Shown here: positions 54,913 through 64,000 of the stretch, one piece after another | Numbering within the stretch: position 1 is the stretch's first letter | Layout of the letters: every line of letters starts with the position of its first letter | Source: Octopus vulgaris | Taxonomy: Eukaryota | Assembly: GCA_951406725.2 (NCBI GenBank) | Contig: OX597817.1 | Coordinates: forward strand, 2,976,001-3,040,000 | Direction: 5' to 3' | DNA length: 64,000 bases | Translations under genes and position numbers: made by a program | The notes under the pieces: model-generated | What the model saw: only the letters and a program-made list of their open reading frames with translations | The model's database searches: none | What the model was told of the DNA's origin: nothing

Positions 54913-56039
54913 TCGAATTTTGACATTTATTAAATGAAATCAATAGAAATTTGCGATTCTTGAGTGGATAAAATATTGGTCATGCTGTCTGAAGTGTCGT
55001 AAGTCTGTATCTGTTCTTTTACAAAACCTAATTTCTGAATAACATATTGGACATTCCTTGTGTACTTTACATTTCTCGTAGTAAGGTGGTAAGAGTGCGA
55101 GGAGTGAGGGAGTGTTCGATGACAAATCTAGTAAAATGTCAAATTAAGTGGAAATTGACCCACGGTTTCAAGTCTTTACTGAGTTAGTATCTCTCTGATA
55201 GACAAGGCTTAGGCAGAAATAGAAATTTAAATATTGGGCATCTCATGACTCTCAGTGCTGTTAATAATGCTAGTAAAGTGAAATGGTTTCAAGCATTGGC
55301 TTTCAGCGCTTGCTAGTCCTGTGTTCACACGAAACAAGGATTAAACGGTAGATGTAGAGTGGTAGGTGCAGCCATGGCTAAAGACATGTTGTGACGTAGT
55401 ACTTGTAATGACTATGTGGCTTTATTAGTTCTAAGAAGGATGCATATAGGAGTGTAATAGCGATGACAGAAACCAGTAGATGTATCTATCACATGCATGA
55501 GAACCAACAAGGTGACAACTGCACGTTCACTCCACCTACTGGCAACTACAACTGTACGCCTCTCAGATCACACCCTGCCATATATATATATCTATATATA
55601 TGAAAATAGATTTTGTAACCTGGGTCATATTACCCAAAACCGATAGAAAAAGATGGGGTGGTCTTGGTTAGAATGCCTTTGACCAAAAGCTTACCTGAAA
55701 TTAAACAGCACTAATCCTTACGCACGAATCCAAGCATAAACATTGACTCGCGAATATACTATCAAGTGGACGCTTTCTCTCGGTGTAAAATACATACACA
55801 CACATTAGATAACATGTAATGAAATATATAATTGCACAGGCTTATCCAATCTCTCATTACAATTTATAAATACATACATACACACATACAGCAAAGCAGG
55901 AGAGTAAGAAGATATGGAGATTTAGGGTGATTCCTTACTAAAATACATGAGAACCATCATGCTTCACTGTATTTACTTTTGTATAATTAGTGAAACAAGT
56001 TTTCGAGTTGTAAAGTTCCAGCTATTAATAATAATAATA

Positions 56040-56410
56040 ATGTTTCAAAGTTTGGCATAAGGTTCTCATTATAGGAAAGGATGAGTCGATGGCATCGACC
56101 CCAGTACTTGACAGGTATTTATTTTATCGAAACCTAGATCATAAAAGACCTAAGCAGAATTTGAACTAAACATGTTAAGAGCTTGAGGATATGCTGCTAA
56201 AGATTTTGGCCGACCCTTTCTACTATAGGCACGAGGCTTGAAATTTCGTGGGAGAGGCTAAGTTGACTACATCGACCCCAGTGCTCAAGTGGTACTGATT
56301 TCATCAACCCTGAAAGGATGAAAAGCAAAGTAGACCTCGGTCGGTATTTGAACTCAGAACGTAAAGACGGACGAAATGCATCTAAGAATTTTGTCTAGCA
56401 TGCTTGCCAC
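56040..56410 (-). mobile_element. Two degenerate family A SINEs in tandem
   Basis: ATCGACCCCAGT twice; GAAAGGATGAAAAGCAAAGTAGACCTCGG; TTTGAACTCAGAACGT. Confidence 0.8.
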
Positions 56411-56962
56411 ATTAACAATAATGTGTGCATGGACCTCATAACTTTTCAGTAGTTGTAGGTATATCTGATCATATTATAGAAATTATTAATGAGGAAATTT
56501 TACTTCAGATTCATAGATTTTACTACATATACATACACAGCACAGGCCTTCCTACACTTAAACATTTCATATTTAAATAAATGCATAAAACGAAATTATA
56601 TTCACACTGGAATAATAGAACGAATTATTACATCATGCAACACAAAATCAGCTTGTTAATCCTTACAATGTGCGAACGTCTGTGTGTGAATGCTGGAAAC
56701 CCAGTGTTTCGTCATAGGAATAACTTTTTCATTATTATATCTTATCATTCAACTTGATCTTGAGTCGTGTTGCTAAACCTTGAGACGTCGAGAATTTTCA
56801 ACTTTAATTAGTTTGCTGGTGACTAACGTTACACAACACAGAAGTTATCAAAGTCGGAAATATATTTTCTGCGATTTGTCTCGTACTGAATCCGTGGTAC
56901 TTATGTGTAGTCATACTTTTAGTCTCTTCCACACATGCAGACCTAATATATTTTTGTTACAT

Positions 56963-57188
56963 ACACACGTTTTTCTTCTTATCCTCGTCGTTTATGCGGT
57001 AAATCCTTCACAGCTTTGGATGACATAACGAAAATAGGCAAAAAGAAAAAAAAACTGCTTTTCGGTCAGATATCTGATGTATCTGACCAAAAGAGCATTT
57101 TTTTTCTTTTTGCCTATTTTCGTTATGTTATCCAAAGCTGTGAAGGATTTACCGCATAAACGACGAGGATAAGAAGAAAAACGTGTGT
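56963..57188. repeat. 226-bp near-perfect palindrome (fold-back; possible MITE or hairpin RNA)
   Basis: 56963-57053 pairs with 57098-57188 (91 bp, one G-T); inner GGTCAGATA/TATCTGACC stem around a 7-nt loop. Confidence 0.95.
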
Positions 57189-57396
57189 GCTGCACGCGTG
57201 AAGTTTCTATATCATGATGAACAGAAACTGAAGAACCATATACACACATATCTATGCATGCACATGCAGCTGCACACACGTACGCCCATACATACGCACA
57301 AACAAATCCACGCACATGGATGTACACACTTACCTGCTCGCAACTACACGTATATGCGTACGTACACACACACACACACACACGCACACATACATA

Positions 57397-57735
57397 TACT
57401 GTAAAGCCAGAAATGTAGTCTATAGTATAAGATGTATAGAGGGACGATGCAGTAACAAGACAATAACATACGTAGGGGAAACGGCAAGAAGCATAGGAGA
57501 GCGGGTGAATGGACATTGGAAACAACTCAAGGAAGGTAAAAGCTCATCGATTCTGTACCAACACGCCGAACAGGAACACGGGGGATCAATCAATAACGTA
57601 GAGATTAAGATATTGTCCACACATAGAACAGATGCAACAATTAGACAAATTACAGAAGCTACACATATAATAGAAAATAGACCTAGCCTGAATAGAAAAC
57701 TAGAATGGAGCAATAGCACACACCACAACATATGA
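57397..57735 (+). mobile_element. Penelope-like element GIY-YIG endonuclease fragment (open frame, 5'-truncated)
   Basis: [13 protein letters not shown]...[16 protein letters not shown]...LYQH...[17 protein letters not shown]: NVVY/YVG, catalytic R, E, N and PLE-type C/H residues. Confidence 0.9.
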
Positions 57736-57797
57736 CGATAGAGGATCCCGAAAACATAATAAATACACAGATAAATAAACAAATAGAAATGAATAAC

Positions 57798-58073
57798 TAT
57801 ATATATGTATATATATCTATGTATGTATATGTATGTATGTATGTATGTATATGTATGTATGTATATGTATGTATGTATATGTATGTATGTGTATGTATGT
57901 ATGTATATATATATATGTATATATATATATGTATGTATGTATGTATATGTATGTATATATATGTATGTGTATATATGTATGTATATATATATATGTATAT
58001 ATGTATGTATATATATATATGTATATATATATGTATATATATGTATGTATATATATATATGTATATATACATG

Positions 58074-58145
<72 letters not shown>

Positions 58146-58253
58146 TATGTATATATACATGTATATGTATGTATATATATATATGTATATATATATATAT
58201 GTGTATGTATGTATGTATATGTATGTATATATATATATGTATATATATATATG

Positions 58254-58287
<34 letters not shown>

Positions 58288-58296
58288 TATGTATGT

Positions 58297-58337
<41 letters not shown>

Positions 58338-58341
58338 TATG

Positions 58342-58375
<34 letters not shown>

Positions 58376-58427
58376 TATATATGTATGTATGTATGTATAT
58401 GTATGTATGTATATATATATATGTATG

Positions 58428-58459
<32 letters not shown>

Positions 58460-58602
58460 TATGTATGTATGTATGTATATATATATATGTATGTATGTAT
58501 GTATATATATATGTATGTATGTATGTATATATATATATATGTATGTATGTATATATATATATGTATGTATGTATGTATATATATATATATGTATGTATGT
58601 AT

Positions 58603-58636
<34 letters not shown>

Positions 58637-59153
58637 GTATGTATATATATATATATGTATGTATATATATATATGTATGTATGTATATATATATGTATGT
58701 ATGTATGTATGTATATATATATATATGTATGTATGTATGTATATGTATGTATGTATGTATGTATATATATATATGTATGTATGTATGTATATATATGTAT
58801 GTATGTATATATGTATATATATGTATGTATGTATATATGTATATATATGTATGTATGTATATATATATATGTATGTATGTATGTATATATATATATGTAT
58901 GTATGTATGTATATATATGTATGTATGTATGTATATATATATATGTATGTATGTATGTATATATATATATGTATGTATGTATATATATATATGTATGTAT
59001 GTATGTATATATATATATGTATGTATGTATGTATATATATATATGTATGTATGTATGTATATATATATATATGTATGTATGTATGTATGTATATATATAT
59101 GTATGTATGTATATATATATGTATGTATGTATATATATATGTATGTATGTATG

Positions 59154-59187
<34 letters not shown>

Positions 59188-59231
59188 TGTATGTATGTAT
59201 GTATGTATATATGTATGTATATGTATATATG

Positions 59232-59263
<32 letters not shown>

Positions 59264-59478
59264 TATGTATGTATGTATATATATGTATGTATGTATATAT
59301 GTATGTATGTATATATATATATGTATGTATGTATATATATATATGTATGTATGTATATATATGTATGTATGTATATATATATGTATGTATGTATGTATAT
59401 ATGTATGTATGTATATATATATATGTATGTATATATATATATGTATGTATGTATGTATATATATATATGTATGTATGT

Positions 59479-59512
<34 letters not shown>

Positions 59513-59609
59513 GTATATATATGTATGTATGTATATATATATATGTATGTATGTATATATATGTATGTATGTATATATATGTATGTATATGTATGTATGT
59601 ATATATATG

Positions 59610-59641
<32 letters not shown>

Positions 59642-59650
59642 TATGTATGT

Positions 59651-59684
<34 letters not shown>

Positions 59685-60128
59685 GTATGTATATATATAT
59701 ATGTATGTATGTATATATATATATGTATGTATGTATATATATATATGTATGTATGTATGTATATATATATATAAGTATGTATATATATATGTATGTATGT
59801 ATGTATGTATATATATGTATGTATGTATTGATATGTATGTATGAAAGTATGTATATATATGTATGTATGTATATATATGTATGTATGTATGTATATATAT
59901 GTATGTATGTATGTATATATATGTATGTATGTATGTATATATATGTATGTATGTATATATATATATGTATGTATGTATGTATATATATATATATGTATGT
60001 ATGTATGTATATATATATATGTATGTATGTATATATATATATGTATGTATGTATGTATGTATATATATATATGTATGTATGTATGTATATATATATATGT
60101 ATGTATATATATGTGTATATATATATAT
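57798..60128. repeat. ~2.3-kb compound (TA)n/(TATG)n microsatellite
   Basis: Almost uninterrupted alternating pyrimidine-purine TA/TG units. Confidence 0.98.
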
Positions 60129-60444
60129 TTTTTTTTTTCGATTAGATTTATTATTATTATTACTAATATTGTTGTTATACATACATACAAGCATATGTAA
60201 AGATAATAATGGGTGGATGTAAACACATGAGCAAAATTAGAACAAAAGCAACAACAACAAATACAAATTACATGAATGTATATAAACAGAAGATACAAAT
60301 ATTACAGGCATCCCCCCACACACACACTAAATAAACATAGACGCACATAGAGATATAAGCATGCGCAAATGAAGACATACAATAGAAATACAAAATGGCT
60401 GACGGTTAGTAAGGAGAGACACAAATAAGTGAGAAGAAAACAAA

Positions 60445-60500
60445 GGACCACTGATGCGGCCACAGGAGTGTGACGAAAGAACTCTGGCCGAAATAAGATT
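60445..60500 (+). ncRNA. Degenerate hammerhead-ribozyme-like motif (PLE-associated)
   Basis: CTGATGC (core CTGANGA with one change), stem GGCCA..GAGT/ACTC TGGCC, then GAAA; stems I and III not evident. Confidence 0.3.
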
Positions 60501-60597
60501 AAGATTAATGTAAAAAATAAATATCACTGAAGCAAAATAACACCAAATATATAGTGCGTGTGTTTTTATTGGCTAAACTGGCAATATGACCATTCCG

Positions 60598-60653
<56 letters not shown>

Positions 60654-60867
60654 GAAATGAAGAAAATGCTGACAAAATAATTTAAGTAAGGGAGAGTGTA
60701 TTTAATTAGGTGAAAGTTCTTTTTACCGGTTGCGCATTTGTTATGCTTATCAAAAGATATTTTTTTAAAGAGAGATAGAGTTCCTTTCTGATAGATTTTT
60801 TTCCTCTTATCTGACTTTATGTTGGGTTTGCTGTCTCTTATATGTGAGTTGTTTAAGATTTGCTTGG

Positions 60868-61180
60868 TTTCGCGCCTAAAATTTCTTGTGGACAATGGTC
60901 AATACAATTTTGATTGGTCATTATAAAGGGGTCACGTGAATGTTTGAATGGCAGTTGGTGTTGGGGTGAGAAAATAGGCTCCAGAGATGTTAAAATTTGG
61001 CTAGTATCGCGCCTAAAATGTCTTATTGGTCATAATAAAGAGGTCACGTGGATGTGGTCATAATAGAGAGGTCACGTGAATGTTTAGAATGAATGTTGAT
61101 GTAGGTGGTGTATGGAGTTTTCGAAAATAGCGTTGTTGAAAATTCTTATTGTTCAGGCTGGTCAGTAGACGTCATGTGGA
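60868..61180 (+). repeat. Imperfect tandem repeats containing TGGTCA-N8-RGGTCACGTG
   Basis: GTCACGTG at 60931, 61043 and 61071; TCGCGCCTAAAAT twice, about 140 bp apart. Confidence 0.75.
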
Positions 61181-61645
61181 TATTTTAAGTAGCTTTTTAG
61201 CGCGCAGTTAAGGAGTGTATTTTCCGCTTGACTGAATTTGAGCTGGATAAGTAAGTTCGTTTAGGACAGGAAGAGCTATATGTATGTATGTGTGCGCGCG
61301 TGTGTGTGTGTGTATGTGTTTATATGTATGTTGGGGCGCGCGCGCGTGTATATATGTGTGCGTGTGTGGGTACAATTTTCAATATTTATAGTTCTGCTGG
61401 CCTTGTGCCTGTATCGGGAAGCAACGTGTTTGTGTGAAGTCAATATTTACAGTCATAATATTCTTCTGTGTGCACCCCATGAATTATTGTTTATTTGGAA
61501 GACATAAAGCTCGCATCAACAGATACTTTGTTTTCTGATTTCTACAAAGAAGTGAACGTGCTCTTGTCAGTCATAGGTCCAGCGAGTCAGCTTTTAACCG
61601 AGACGACACACTGAACATCAACAGAAGATTGCACACAGCTTAAAA

Positions 61646-61872
61646 GTGGCGAGCTGGCAGAAACGTTAGCACGCCGGGCGAAATCCTTTGTGGTATTTCG
61701 TCCGCCGCTGCGTACTGGGTTCAAATTCCGCCTGGGTCGACTTTGCCTTTCATCCTTTCGAGTCGATAAATTAAGTACCAGTCACACACTGGGGTCGATA
61801 TAATCGACTTAATCCGTTTGTCTGTCCTTGTTTGTCCCCTCTGTGTAGGTCCTTGTGGGCAGTAAAGACATT
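61646..61872 (+). mobile_element. Family A (a-tail) SINE
   Basis: Full head, core and tail; TSD TTGCACACAGC at 61629-61639 and 61879-61889. Confidence 0.93.
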
Positions 61873-62014
61873 AGAAACTTGCACACAGCATTGTGCGCGC
61901 ACTCGTACAAGCAGGTGCAATCATACACACGCACGATTGATCTTGGGCCAAACAACTCCGATAACGTACATATTTTGACCCATCCACCATTTTAGCACAA
62001 TCATTCCTGCCCAG

Positions 62015-62210
62015 AATTATTTCAAATTTAGGCACACGGCCAACAGTTTGGAAGGTTAGCCTTAGTCGATACTATTGACCCCAGTACTAGATTGCTCCTT
62101 ATTTTATCGAACCCAGATTAATAAAATGTTGAAGTTAAGCTCAACAGGATTTGAACAACACAAGGCATTTTTGTCCGACTATTTGACGAGTCAGCAGATT
62201 CACCGCCTTT
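62015..62210 (-). mobile_element. Degenerate family A SINE
   Basis: AGTCGATACTATTGACCCCAGTACT, TTTTATCGA and terminal TTCACCGCC. Confidence 0.65.
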
Positions 62211-62504
62211 GACCTCGATGAGACGCTTTTTCTTTCATTTATTTATTAATTGATATTTTACTGGAACAAGACATAAGTACGAAGTGTCAACAGCCTCCGC
62301 TATTGATTCCTTTCGGTAAAAAGTAAACTTAATCTCGGTCAGCTTCCTACTCTACAACATAAATAATAAAATGCCTATGATGTGCACCATCGACTGCAAA
62401 CATCATCACCAACACCAACCATCAACCAGCATAACCACTTTCTATCGTTATAACAGTCATTGCTTTATCTGCTACGGCAAGGTTAGCAAAAGTTCATCAA
62501 CGAG

Positions 62505-62555
<51 letters not shown>

Positions 62556-62559
<4 letters not shown>

Positions 62560-62886
62560 CCCCCTTCGGTCAGGACACAGACCATGGGATTGCACCTAGA
62601 AAGTTATCCCATCCCAGGCATAAGTCCGGGCAAGGTTGTTTATGGAAGACCAGCAGTCGTCCATGCATACCGGCCTCCCTCTGCATACCACCAGTGTTAT
62701 CCAATGGAAAGGCAAAGGGGCCGATACAGCTTGGCACCTGTGACGCCGCAACTCATTTCTACAGCTGAGTGAACTGGAACTACGTGAAATAAAGTGTCTT
62801 GCTCAAGAACACAGCCCGGTCCGGGATTCGAGCTCACAGCCTCACGATCGTAAGCTCAACGCTGTAACCACTGAGACATACGCTTT
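62556..62886 (-). mobile_element. Family D tRNA-derived CORE-type SINE abutting (TA)n
   Basis: Minus-strand CTCAGTGGTT A box, GCTCGAATCCC B box, TGTTCTTGAGCAAGACACTT CORE-like motif; (TA)n at 62507-62555. Confidence 0.85.
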
Positions 62887-63670
62887 CACACACACACACG
62901 TGTCTGTGTGTGTAGTGGTGATTTGTTGTGCTCAGGTCAACACTGATCGAGCAAGATTATTATGAAAGATTTTCTGTCTATTTCTCTCTTTTTTTTTTTG
63001 TCTATCTCTTTGTTTCAATATTACATTTCTTTTTTATTCGAGGGAGATTTGGTTGCTATTGCAAGCAGTCCGAGTAGCCACATGGCTGCTTCGGTATTAG
63101 CTCGTACATATGTGTGTGTGTGTGTGTGTGGTAATGATTTATTAGTGCCCTTGTGCCAAAATTAGAAATTATTATTCTTATTAATCTACTTTCCAATTTG
63201 TCACATTTAATGTAATCTAATCCTTCTGATGAAAGTTGTTCGGGAGGTGGGGGATGAGGAATCGAACTCACAAACTGGTTAATCCGCCTTAAAGTGCAGC
63301 TTGCGTATCATTTCGAATTCTCTGTATTACAATAACTGAAATTACGCTGTGAAGGTGAAGGTTAATTGCCCATCCGACATTGCATACGTAATTATGATGA
63401 TCAGTGAATTACATCCTTGTAGCCAAGGTAAAACAAAATCACCGATACGCGAGCAGTGGGTCCGTGTACCTCACTACGATAATCAATTACTGCTAATGTA
63501 TCTTACTTAGATACGTAAACTGTACTACATACACAATCATTGGTAACACACACAACCCAGTTTATGTCTGGCGCGAGTCTACACGCACAACAACCATCGA
63601 TAATGTCGAGTGCACGCGCTCTATAACCACTGCTAAATAAAGTGTGACTGGCACGTACCCAATACTGGCA

Positions 63671-63673
<3 letters not shown>

Positions 63674-63735
<62 letters not shown>
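63674..63735. repeat. (CT)n microsatellite
   Basis: Perfect dinucleotide run. Confidence 0.97.
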
Positions 63736-63737
<2 letters not shown>

Positions 63738-64000
63738 GCACGACTCATGAGTGAATCTCACCCTAGGATCACCTTATAAACTGATGTAATCTGTCCGAAA
63801 TCTGTTTCGTGTCATAACATTCCAACTGTGCTAGTTAATGGCCGATAGAAACTAGAAACAACACACATTCTGTTATAGTTAACAATAATATTTACTGTCA
63901 ATGCCATTACGCCCTCTTTTTTGCGTTACTATTTTGTTTATCTTGGCTTTATATTACAAACCAATAGTAATATCAACAAATGCTGTTTGGGGAGATGAAA

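Noticed and set aside
54940-55125. Minus-strand ORF with ECPICYSE (RING-like)
   Set aside because: Remaining RING ligand spacing is absent and there is no good donor; probably chance.
55685-55710. Minus-strand TTTCAG|GTAAGC as a second recursive site
   Set aside because: Short pyrimidine tract, and it lies within a degenerate family E repeat.
56985-57035. LCGKSFT C2H2-zinc-finger-like peptide in the hairpin arm
   Set aside because: The first Cys and both His are missing; too short to claim origin from a ZNF gene.
57420-60298. ORFs of 679-924 aa on both strands
   Set aside because: Translation of the TA/TATG microsatellite (Y/I/H/T or M/Y/V/C only); it lacks stops by composition.

Overview
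AT-rich eukaryotic non-coding DNA with no host protein-coding exon that I can call confidently. The SINE families suggest a coleoid cephalopod, probably Octopus (inferred from repeat recognition only). It is most likely the interior of a very long intron or a gene desert. The window is dominated by four tRNA-headed SINE families, a very abundant ~200-bp CAA-tailed repeat (about 30 degenerate copies), LINE remnants (CR1-type, RTE, a possible Tx1/L1 ORF1 piece), a Penelope-like GIY-YIG endonuclease fragment, Tc1/mariner and piggyBac-like remnants, and two large simple-repeat tracts that produce the long spurious ORFs. Most notable: (1) a textbook recursive-splice-site (ratchet point) signature at 54906/54907; (2) a young SINE subfamily repeatedly inserted at GGTATTT inside older SINEs, with TSDs, suggesting target-preferring SINE-in-SINE retrotransposition; (3) two CR1-type LINE 3' ends fused head-to-head, whose 3' end matches the tail of a local SINE family; (4) a 226-bp near-perfect hairpin; (5) a TSD-flanked GC-rich insert carrying splice signals. 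Coordinates of degenerate repeats are approximate and were read by eye.
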